A stretch of 64,000 nt of DNA from Monocercomonoides exilis PA203 (Eukaryota > Protista > Preaxostyla). This document shows positions 25,001-37,700 of the stretch, piece by piece. Under the pieces are notes generated by a model, which searched no databases, had not been told where the DNA came from, and worked only from the letters and a program-made list of their open reading frames with translations. The position numbers were made by a program, and so were the translations under genes. Position 1 is the stretch's first letter. Each line of letters starts with the position of its first letter. The stretch is from the NCBI GenBank assembly GCA_001643675.2, contig LSRY02000010.1, positions 558,001-622,000 of the forward strand. Direction: 5' to 3'.

Positions 25001-25797
25001 CATTGTTTTTGTTAAAAATCCATTTTTTGGAATATGAATTTTGCCAGGAATTGTTCTTTTTCAAATTTGGAGTTGAATATTTCTATCTGCACAGCATTCC
25101 AAAGGATTCATCTTTCATCCACTATCTTTGCATTAACTGTCATTTCTTTTCGTGAAACGAACGGGAACTGTATTGACTCACAGGATGAAAGAATTAGATA
25201 ACAAATTGACAAAACAAAGGACAATCAGACACAACTTTTTTGAGAGGAAGCAATGAGTCAGAAAATGAAAGATTGAAATGAGGTTTGAGATGACAAGCTG
25301 AAATGTATTTTTGAAAAATAAAAAAAAGTTTGATGATAGAAAAGTGAGAACATGGAATAACAACTTGTTGCATTTGCTCACCTTTTTTATCTCATATATT
25401 TTTTTTGAATGTTTGTATTTCTTTCTCATTGTGCCTTTTTGTTGATTATTCATTGTTTTTGAATGAAAAAGCTGTTTGCTCCATTTTTTTTTGAACCTTT
25501 AATATTAGAATGAAAAAAGAAATGGATCACAACAGTTTCTGAATTCATTTGCAGTTGGTATTTAGCGCATTTATTGTTGTTTCTGAAGAGTTCAAAATTG
25601 AAAAAATATTCATTCAAATAATTCTTATTATTGATGATTCAAAAAGTGTGCATTCATCATTTATTCTTTCATGAAACATCTTATTGTTTACAAATTTTGA
25701 ATTTTTCAGGAAAAAAGAAGAAAAGATGAATGATTTATCAAAATGACCCATTACAGAATAACTCGATTGAGAAAAAACAGAATAAAAAGAGAATCGA

Positions 25798-28700
25798 ATG
25801 CGAAATCGAGTATTTGTTGTTTTGAGTTTTGTTGCCTCTGCATCCATATTGCAATGTCAGTGCATGTCCTTGGGTTCAACAATTGAAGATGCATCCTCGA
25901 AGGAGAGAGAGCAGGAAAACGAAATGATTCCTGCATGCAAATATTCCTTTGATCATGGTGTGTTTGAGATGAAAACATTTGATACAAAAAACAAGGAAAT
26001 GAATTGTTCCCTCAAAAATGGAGACAGCGAAGGAGCTGATGAAAGAAAAGAGGTTTTGATGAAAAACAAGGAAAACAAAACAAAAGTGAGGAGCAATGAT
26101 CCTTTTGATGAAAAATGTGAGGATTGTGCAAATACTGAAAATTTGAGAGTGAGTGGAAAGGGGAATGGATTTGGGAGAAGTGAGATGAAAGGATGTGTGG
26201 TTTTGAAGAATTCGTCAGTGCTTTTGAGAGGATTGGGGATGGGCTGTGGAGATGGAAAAGGCATTGCCTGTGCTTGGAGCGAAAGTGAGATTGCGATGGA
26301 TGGATGTGGGGTGATTGTGGAAGGTGATGTTTCTCCATTGGATTTGAAGGGAAGCTGTGCAACATTGGTGAATATCTCTCTCAAAACTTCAAAAACTCAA
26401 TTCCCTCAAATTCCTCCTCTTTTTGCTTCAAATCCATCTGAGGATCGTTTGCAATGTTTTGGAAGAGTTTCGATTTGTTCATCTCGTTTTTCTTCAATGG
26501 CACTCTCTTCAGCACCATTTTTTTCATCACCATCCATTGAGAGTGCTTCACTTTCAAACATGGTTTTTTCAAACATTTCGACTTTTCCATCGACTCGAGG
26601 ATCTATTTCAACATATTGTTGGAAAAGCTCCATTTTGATGGATGGCTGCTTGTTTTCATCAGTTCGTGATGTGTATGATGGAGGAATCATCCAATCAATC
26701 AATTCTCCACTTTCATCGCTGGTTGTTTCAAACACCTCATTTGTTGGGTGCTGCCGCACAAGAAATGTTGAATTCATTGGAAGCGAAGATAACAAGAAAT
26801 CCCCAGGAAGGCAGAATTTAACAGATAATGGAGCAAACACATTCACTTGGTGCGAATGGAATGGTTCAAAAGCAAATGGAACAAATAATTCTTATTCAGA
26901 CGGAGTTTCGAGTGGAGGTGCTATTGGTATAAATGAATTGAATAATGGATCTATATTTGTTTCTCATTGCTCATTCAATGATTGCTATGCTTATTATGCT
27001 GGAGGAGCAGTCATGTGCAATGGAATCAATTCTGTTGAGATTGAAAGCTGCTTGTTTAATACTTGCATTGCTCCAGAATTTCGTGGAGGTGGAATATATG
27101 CTTACAACGTTTCTTCATGCATAAGGATCAGTGGGTGTGAATTTCTGAAATGTGAAGCATTCAATGATGGAGGAGGGCTTAATCTTCATTATTTTCATGT
27201 CTCTGGATCTGACTGTATTGAAGCAGATAGTGGAAAGGGGGAGAGTGCTTGTGTATTTGAATGCAATTTTACTTCATGCTCCACTTCTGAATCGTATGGA
27301 GGAGGGATTCATATAAATATGGTACCGGTTGAATTCAAAATGAGGAGTCTTCGGTTCACATCTTGTTCAACAGTGTCATATGGTGGAGGATTTTGCATTT
27401 TTCCAAATCAACGAATAGCTCCAAGCAACAATCTTTATTTCTATTTCTTCTTCTTTCATGATTGCAGATGCACAACCACTTCCACTCCATATGGCCACGA
27501 TGCGTATTTTTCAGATGACGGCAATTTCTTTTCATCGAACAATCCCTTCTATGAATCGTATACAACGAATGCTAATGACACGAGAGTATGCTATTATGGA
27601 AACAAAGCTTTCAAACATGCAGAAAAGAAATGGTGGCTGAAGGACAAGACAATTTATGTTTCTGATGGCGGAAATGACTCATATGAGCTGTGTGGGGCAA
27701 ACGAGACATATCCATGTCTAACAGTGGAGAAAGCCTTAAAGATGTGTGAAATACAGGTTAGCTTAACAATCACAGTGCTGGGTGGGAGGCATGCGAGCGA
27801 AGAGAATACAATCAGTGTTGGGGAAAAGAAGATTTCGATTGTTGGGAGAGGGAAGACGGTGAGTGTGATTGGGACGAATTCTCTTTCTTCGCCTGCAACT
27901 CCTCTGTTTAGCATATCTTCTGGTCAACTGGAGGTGGAGCATGTGGGGATCGATCACAACGCGACAAGAAGTCCATCGCCGAGTGTATTTGTTGTTACTG
28001 ATGGAAGTGGATCACTTTCATTGGAGGATGTGCTGATCTCAGGAATAATTGGAGGAAGTGTTATATCAGCATCTGTATTTGAAGTGGCTCTGAGACAGCT
28101 GAAGATGGTTGATGTGGAGATCAAAAATATAAAAATGAATCAACCACTATTTGCCGAACCATCATCAGCTGGATCGTCATCAGGAGAGAGTTTGCTGGGG
28201 AATGTGACAATTCGGAATGTGAATCGGACAACAGGGGATGGTGTGGTGATGGCAAAAAGTGCGAAGGGAGGAGAGACATTTGTGGTGTGGAATACAACAA
28301 TAGAAGGATGCGAGTGTTTGGGAGGAAATGGTGGAGGGATAAAAGTTGAGTTATCATCTTCTTCAAGCAAAGTTCGAATTGGAGATTCAACATCACACAG
28401 TGGAGGAGCAACAGCATTTAATCGATGCAGTTGCAGAGGATATGGAGGAGGGGTGATGCTATTTCTGGCAGATAACTCATTTGATTTTACGATATCATCA
28501 GTGAGTTTTGTTGGTTGCAGTGCAACATCGGGAGGGAAAGATGTGTATGTGAATGGGAGCAGGCTGGTGAGTGGGACAATAACAGCCACAAAGCTGAATT
28601 TCTCGAGAAATGTTTCTATTTATGATGAGTTAATGGGATATGACCGGAACGAGATAGGGATGGGAATATTCCCATTGAATGTGTTTTTGGAGACATTTTC

Positions 28701-31700
28701 AGGAGCAGCACATGTGGGGAAAGAGGTGAATGGGTGTGGAGGATATGACTCGTGGTTTTGTGGGTTTGGGTATTTTCCATGTTCCACAATCGCGTTTGCT
28801 GCTCAAAACAGATTCAGTTCGTCAAAGAAGAATATTGTGTTGGATCCAGGGTTTGAGCTGGGAGAAGTTGTGTCGATGGCAGGGTCATATGAATGGGAGG
28901 TGTATTGTGGGATTAACAAGACGAATGTGAATGTTTGGTTGCCCAGTGGAATGACATCTTCGTATTTGATAAATGTACAGAGTGCGAGTTCAATCAAGAA
29001 CATTGGGTTCCAAATTCCATTTTCGTTATCGAGTGCAACATCGCTCATTACTTCGACAAGCTCATCACTCACACTCACAGACTGTTCAGTTGCTCATTCA
29101 TCAGAGAGCACATCGAGTGTGAACTTTGGATACAGCATTGTGAACGCGCAGAGTGGGAGTCTGAACATGGAACGATTTGTGATTAGCGGAGCACTTGTGT
29201 TTGGAGCTCATTCAGCGATTGAATTTTGTGAAGGAATGGGGAGTGTGATTTGTTCAGGATGCAATATCAGTGGAGTCAAAAGGAATGAGGGAGATGGAGG
29301 ATGGATGAAGGGAACAGTTGGAACGAGTGGAACGTTGACTGTTGATGGATGCGATGTGAATGGGTGCAGTTGTGTTGGTGGAAAAGGAGGAGGAATGTAT
29401 GTTGGATTGAAGGGAAATGGGAAAGTGGTTGTGAATGGGTCGAGTGTGATTGATGGGAATAAGGCAGAGAATAATGGAGGGAGAGGAGGGAGAGGAGGAG
29501 GGATGTTTGTGTTGATGGAGAATGGGGGATGTGGATTGACAATTGGGCAGAATGTTGAATTTTCGAAAGTGAAGGGGAATGTGGCCTCATTTGGGAAGGA
29601 TGTGTTTGTTGATTGTGGGAGTGGAGTGTTTTTGGAATCAAAAGTGAATACAGACACATTTGCCTTTTTTGACTCAAGCACCATCCCATCAGATGTGTTG
29701 AAACTGAGTGGGAGTGAAAATGGGGATGAAAGTGGAGTGATTCCACTGTTTGTGTATTTGTGTTCAATGGAGACAAAGGTGATTGTTGATGGGAGTGGAG
29801 GAAATGGGATGGACCACAATCATTGTGGATTTGATGGATTCAGGTGTTTGACAGTTGATTATTGTGCGAACTCAAGAATGAGCAGCACTGTGAACGAAAT
29901 AGAAATTGTCTCATCTTCATCAATAACGAAGGAAATAACAGGACCATCATTTGGCGTGAGTATTTCAGGCAGAATAACATCATCAGCGGGGGAGAGGATG
30001 GGAGTGAACGTGAGTGATGGAGGATCAGCCACACAAGATTATCTTGTTGGATATTCGAATTCACTGGCAATGAGGAGACTTTCATTTATTGTGAAGAGTC
30101 AGTTGAATTCCAGGAGAAAAGCATTCATTCATTCAACATCAACACTCAGTGTGACGAACTGTTCAGCCTCATTTGAAAGTGGGGCAATGACTGATGGAAA
30201 GATAGGATACAGCATCATTGACATGGCAGGAGGGAATCTGATTGTTGATAGACTTGTGATTGAAAGTGGAGTGACGCTGACAATGAATGGGAAATCACCA
30301 ATAACGATGACAAGTGGAGTTCGATTGGAGATGTTGAACAGCAGAATGAGTGGAGTGGAGGTGGAAGTTGCAGGTGGAAATGGAGGAGGGGGATGTTTGA
30401 ATGTTGGGATGGGAGATGATGGGAATGTGAAAATTGAAGAATGCAATTTGTCCTCGACATGCTCAGGTGGAAACGAAATGAAAGGAGGAGGGTTGATGAT
30501 ATCAGTGGGGAAGGGAGGGAGTTTGGAAATGAAAAAGGCGAATTTGTCTGAATGAAAAGTGCTATCAAGTGAGGCTGTGAATGGAGGGAGAGGATTGGGA
30601 GGAGGGATGTTTGCTGAACTTGCCGATCAAATGGGAAGGTTTTCATTGGAGAGCATGGCATTTTGTGGGTGTAACGCATGGAAAGGGAAGAATTTATTTG
30701 TGGAAGCACAGGATTTATCGGCTGTCATCAACAGCACTTCAATTGGATTCAATCCAGAAATTCGAATTAACCACACAGACTTCAATGAACTTTGTGGAAG
30801 AGAAAGAAACAAGCCAAAGCTGATTGTTCCACTTGTTGTGTTTCTTCGGACGTTTTCATCACCAGCGTATGTGAGTGGGAGGGAGCAAGGAAGTGAATTA
30901 AGATTGTGTGGATATGAAGACTATGCATGCAGAACAATTGAAGAAGCGAGTGAATATCGGTATCCGAGTTCAAAACGGAACATCAGACTGAAAAGCACAT
31001 TTTCATTTGATGAAGAAGTGCAGTTGAACAAACAGTCATTTGAGATTGATTCGAGCAACAAAAATATTGGAATAAGAATTGGAGGAACAAGTACTAAGAC
31101 ACAAGAAGCATTGGTGATGAACAGTGTTTTATCAACATTGACGGGGATATTGTTTGAATTGGGTGGGTCGATTGGGGGACGATCATCATTTGTTCATTCA
31201 ACAAGTGGAACATTGAAATTTGCTGATTGTGGGATAAAGATGGGAAGTGGAGTGGATTCAGTGAATTATGTGTTTGTGAGTGCAAGTGGAGGGAAAGTGG
31301 AGATTATCTGGATGAGTTGCGGAGAAAGTGTGGGAGAAGTGAGATTTGGAGGATGTGTGATTGTTGTGAACGGGAGTGGAGAATGCACTATGGATGAAGT
31401 GATAATCAATCAAACAATATCAAATGGAGTGAATGGATTGATTGAAATTGCCGCAAGCAGCTCAGCCACAATTCAGAATTGCTCGATCGCAAATTGTGAT
31501 CTGCCGAGTTGTGGAGTAATTCAGGTTGAGAAGTGTTCATCAATCACCTTGAAGAACATTTCATTTGAGAACATCACGAGAGGGAAAGGAGATGGTGGAT
31601 GCCTTTGTTTGAGATCGAATGGTGATGGAAGCAAAGACACAATGAAAATTGAGAATTGCACATTCAGGATGTGCAAGGTGAATGAGAATGGAAAAGGAGG

Positions 31701-34700
31701 GGGAGGATTGTCAGTTTCATTGGAAAATCCCTCTGAGCTGTATGTCTCATCAACAAGATTTGAAAAGTGTTATGCTCCATCAATGAGTGGAAGTGAAGGG
31801 AAAGGAGGAGGGATATTTCTTTCTTTGATGGATGCAGGTGCAAGATTTGAATTATCAGGAGATTTGATATTTGATGGAAATGAGGCAGAATATGGGAGGA
31901 ATGTGTTTATTGAGTCAGGAGATTTGGAGAGGAGTGTGACAGGCGAGCACATTAAATTTGTAATTGCACTTTCAGATTTATCAGTTGAAGCGATGGGGAT
32001 GGATGGGAAGTGGAGGGATGTTGTTATTCCGCTGAAGTTTTATCTGGCAGAAAAGCTGAATAGGATCAAGATGGGAGATGAAGGGAAGGATGTTGTTGTG
32101 TGTGGGTTTGATGAACTGCGATGCAAGACGGTTGGTTATGGAGCAAGGAGGCTGGAAGGACAAGAAAGATATCTTGAGTTTGGGGAAAGATATGAAATGA
32201 AAGAAATTGTTGAGTTGGATGGTGTGGAGGGATATCATTTTTGTGGGGTGTTGACAAAGACGAATATGGAGATGGTGGGGAATGGATTTGGTGGAGACTG
32301 GATGATGGATGTTTCCACCTCATCTGCCACATTTGAGAGGATATGTTTTGTTGTTTTGTGTTCACAGCCATCATCAGTTGCGTTGGCACAAACAAAGATA
32401 TTTTGTGTTTCAGGCTCAAATGGAACGCTGATCATTGAGAGATGTTCTGTTGAAAGCAAAACAAGAGAGGGAGAGTGCAGCTGTTCTTTTGCGTGTGTTC
32501 GAAGTGGGAGACTGTCCATTTTCGATTTCAGCATGAATCATGCGAAATTTGGATTGAATCCATTCGTTGTTGTTGATATAAATGGGGAGGGTTCGATTGA
32601 GAATGCATTGCTTGAGAGTGTTGAAACAACAAATGCCAAAGGTTTGATTGAGTATTCATCATCATCGAGTTCATTAACGATTGTGAATGTGACAGCACAA
32701 GAACGTGTGATGGGAGGGAAAGGACTGATATGGGATGATAATGGAAAGAAGCTGAGGATGAGGAATTGCACGATTATGAAAACTTGCAGTTTGGAGGGAA
32801 ATGGGAGCGTTGTGAGTGGAGAAGTTGGGGATGGATGTGCTGTTGAAGTGAAGGATGTTGTGATTGAAGGATGTGGAACATTGAATGGATGTGGAGGAGG
32901 GATGGCAGTGATCTTGAAGGGAACAGGAGAAATGCGTTTGGGGAAGAGTGAAATGGTGACATCATTTGAGAAATGCTCAGCTGGAGGTGAGGGATCGGTT
33001 GGGGGATATGGAGGAGGAGTGTTGCTGAGATGCGAAGAAGGAGGAAGCGACTTTATGATGAGTGAATTGGCATTTGGAACAGGCGAGGGAGCAAACACAG
33101 CGGCACATGGAGGAAACAATGTGTTTGTTGAAGGAACAGATTTGCCACAATTGGTGAATAGAGCATCATTCAACTTCTCATTTGAGATTGAAGGAGATGG
33201 ATTCAACATAAAAGATCTTATGGGAGCAGAAGATGGGAATGAGTTGAAATTGATCCCCGTTGTTGTGTTCTTTCGAGAGAAGCCGAGTGTTGGGTATGTG
33301 AATGGGGGAAGTGGAGGGATGAACTATCATCGATGCGGATATTCTGACTTTGCATGCTCCACATTGATATATGCAGGAACAAATATGTTTGGCGTATCAC
33401 CAGCAACACTGAAGCTTGTTGATGGAAGTTCTATTTTCGATGAAATGACACTCAACATTCAACAAATGAACATTGATGGAGATATTCCAAAGGCAAAGAT
33501 TGGAATTAACGATAGAGGAGAAGGAGGAAATGAATTTTTGATAAAAAGCGAACAAGCAATATCGTTTTCATCATTGGTATTTTCGATATCAACATTTGCC
33601 GAATCAAGAAAGGAGTGTGTATTTTTGTGCAGTTCAAGCACATTAAAATTTGAAGGATGTTCATTTGGAGCAGAATCACAAGAGATTGGAGTTGGATTGA
33701 TTTGTGGGAAAGGAGGGAAAGTGGAGTTGGTGAGATGTGAATTTGGAGATTTTGCAATGACCAAATCAGGGATGGTGACTTTTGATGGAGCAGGAGTTGA
33801 GGGGTTGATTGATGAGGTGATTGTGAGGAATGTTACAAGAGAAAATGAGGGAAGAAGCTTATTTGAGCTGAGAAATGGAGATGTTGAGATTAAGAACACG
33901 ACGATGAATGAATCTCGTTTTGATGATGGAAATGAGATTGAGATTGGAGAAGGGATTAATACTAAATTCAACAACTGTTCATTCAAATCAATTCAGAGAG
34001 AGAATGGGAATGGAGGAGTGTTGAATGGGAGAGTGGGGAGTGGGAAGTGTGTGGATATTAACAAATGCGTATTTGAGGAATGCAAATGCGAGTCAATGAG
34101 CGCAATTGGGGGAGGGATTGTTATGATTGTGGGAGATGGAGGAAAACTGTTGTTTGATGATAACAAGATGAATGGATGCACAGTTTCAGATAGAAGTGGA
34201 AAAGGAGGAGGGATGCATCTGACATTTGAAACAACGAATATTGAATACTCTATGAAGAATGATGATTTTGCGAACAATGTTGCAGAAAAAGGAGAAGATG
34301 TGTATTTGGTGTGTGGATCACCATGGAGGATGCTTCTTCCAGCATTTTGGGATGGGACAACCACAAGAATCACAGCAGAAAATAAGATGTGGGTGCTTGA
34401 GTCATTTGAACAAAGAAAAGAAGACTCGCTGATCAATTATCTGTTTCCAAGATTGGGAACGAATTTGTTTGTGAGCAATGCTGGAAACGAATTATCAAGT
34501 TGTGGAGTGAAAGAAAATCCTTGCTCGTCTGTTGATATTGGATTTGATCGGTTGAACGATGAGATAGAGAGGATTGTGCTTGTTGGTGCTGCTTCAGTGA
34601 GCAAGACGATCAACAGAAAAGTGAAAGGACTGACAATCGAAGGGAATGAAGAAACGAGAGAACTGGTTGTGAAGGAAGGAGGGAAATTTGAATTGACAGA

Positions 34701-37700
34701 AGGAGATGGGCAAACTCATTTGACTTTGTCACTTCTTCAGATTTCGCTTCCATGCTCTTCATCTGCAAGTGCAAGTGGTGATGAATCGATTGTGGAAGTG
34801 AGGACTGGTGAATGTTTCATTTTGGATTGTTTGTTTTCAGGAGGAGAAGGGAATTCAAATGTGAATTCAAATGTGAATGAGTGTGGGAAGTGGATAGTGA
34901 TTGGGAATGGAGGGGTAATTCATATAGAGAGAACAGAAATGAATGGGATAACATTCGAAGGATGTGGAATTGCAAGATTTGGAGGAGGGAATGCGATATT
35001 TAAGAACTGTGCATTAAATGGAATAGAGACCAGTGGAGGAGGAGTGATAGTGGGGAATGGTGGATCGGAAGTGACATTGAGGAACATGACAGCATTGGGG
35101 TGTGTTGTGGGAGCAGGATCGCTGATAACGTTGAATGGAGGATCGAGTTTGAGGGTTGGTGGAGAAAGCAGATTTGAGAATATTGAGACAGAAAGTGTGA
35201 GTGGAGGATGTGTGAAGAGCGAGATGAAGCTGAATGATTTGCTTGAAATTGGATCATCATCCATATTGAAATGCTCTGCAAATGGAAATGGAGGAAGAGG
35301 AGGAGGAATATATCTGGATTTGAGTGACAATTGTGTGAATAACTTTTCACTTTCAACATTGACATTCGAAGGCAATGTTGCAACTGAGGGAAGGGATTTG
35401 TTCATTTCGTGCAAGAAACTGAATGAAACAGTGACGAAGGAGAGGTTTGGATTTGAATATAAATATGAAAATGGAGAAGGAGAATGGATGGAAGTTGATA
35501 TGAAAGGGATTGACAGAGACAATTTTGCAGAGAGTGTTGATCTTGGGCTGTTTCTTGTTGAAATGAAGGGAATGGAGGTGTGTGTGTCGAGGGAGGGGTA
35601 TGACACATTGGGATGTGGGAGCGATGGACATCCATGTGAATCGATGTGGAGTGGAATAAGCCACATTGACAGAAGCGGGACAGAAGGAGAAAGGAAGGTG
35701 TATGTGAAAGACGAAGGGACAATTGAAGATATTTATTCATTCACAGATGCACTTGCGATTGAAGGATGTGTGAATGAAGGAGATACCATTAAACATAAGC
35801 CTGTTCAGTTTAATGAGAGAATCAAAGGGAATTCTGCATCATCATCAACATCTGTTATTTCTTCAACAGTATCACTCAGCTTGTTATCTTTGAAGTTGCA
35901 AATTCCAAATCAATTTGAGCCAAAAATGAATTCATTGATCTCATCGAGTGGAGCTCTTCACCTCGTAAGCTGTTTATTTGAAAATCAGTCATCAGATATC
36001 ATTCAATACTCGTTGATATCCACAACCACTGGACGTTGCACATTGAAGGGATGCAGTCTAAAAGATTGTTCATTTGCCATATCTCCATTGATGATGGCTT
36101 CTTCTGTTTTGCTTGAAAATAACAACTTTTCAAACATCAAGAATACAGGAAGCGGTGAAGAAGGAGGTCTTGCAAAAGTGACATTAAAAAATGACGAAGA
36201 TTTGATCATAAAATCAACAAATGCATCATCGTGTTCACTTTCAGAAATCAATGGAAAAGGAGGGTTCTTGTATTTGGATTATCAAAATTGTTTGAATGAG
36301 AAGCCATTTCTTTTTGATGTTGGAGTAACTTTTGAGAATAACAATGCAGCCATTGGAAAGAACTTGTTCATTTTGGGAAAGGATTTCAACAGTTCAGTGA
36401 CAAATGAATCATTCAAGTTCGATTATTCCACAATGATAAATGATTGCAATTTGTTTGTTGGAAGTGATGATTTTCATCAAGAAAAGGATTTGTTCATGTT
36501 TTTGATTCCATACGCCTCATTTGAGATATTTATCTCATCTGAAGGATATGATGTGGTGCGTTGTGGAAGTGAGGAAGAACCATGCTTCACAGTGTGGAAA
36601 GGGATGGAAAACATGAAAAAGGAGATTGGAAAGAAAACAATTCAGATTGAAGGATCAACTTTTATTCGAGATTCATTCAACATGTCCAATTATCAGATCA
36701 AAAAGAGTGTGAAGATGGGAGAAGAAGATATAAAAGCGATATTGAATTTTGAAAAGGCAATTGGAAGTCAACTGGAATATTTCATGGAAAATTATAATCA
36801 TCTTGAATTGTCCAACATCCAACTCCAACTGGTATCTGGATTTGACAACTCAGCCAAAACAATTATTTCAAATATAAATGGAGATTTGGTGATAACTGGA
36901 TGCTCATTCCATTCAGAAGCAGAAGTGAACAATGGATTTGATTGTGTGTTTGTGGATATGATTGGAGGAAATGTGAAAGTGAATGATTTTTCAATGGAAT
37001 TATGCAATGTTGGAAACAACATTTTTGTCATTCATGATTCTGGAATTACTTGCCATTTTGTGAATGTTCGAGTGGAATCGTTGAATGAAAGCAGGGGATG
37101 CATTTTGTCAATCAAGAAATCTGAAGCAGGATTGAAGATAAATGAAGGAGTGAATGAAGAATGTGTAAATATTGAGATTGAGAAATCATCATTTTCAGGA
37201 GTGAAGAAAAGTGACAATGGACCAAGTATTTTGGAATCAAAGAATGAGAAAAAGATTTGTTTTGTTGTGAATTCGAGCAACATCACAGAAGACAAAGCAG
37301 AAATGAGTGAAAAAGGAGGGGCGATATTCTTCACATTGGGTGCATCAGGATCAATGAAGATGATTGAATCAACAATCAGTCATTGCATCTGCAACAGCAG
37401 CACAGGGAGAGGAGGAGGAGTGTATTTGGAAACAAAGGAAAGAGGAGAATTGGATTTCACTTTTGAGGGAATGAAATTCAGCAACAACGAGGCAAGTGTG
37501 GGGAATGATATTTTCATTGAATGTTTCAACATCACATCGCAGATCAATGAAAGCCAATTTCAGTTTGATCTTCGAGAGAATTATTATTCTCGAATTAATG
37601 CGATATATGGAAGAGATGAATGTGATTATCCGAATGATACAGATCTGATTGGATTTGTGACAATCCATCAGAGCGACACAATCATTGTGAGCAGCGTGAA

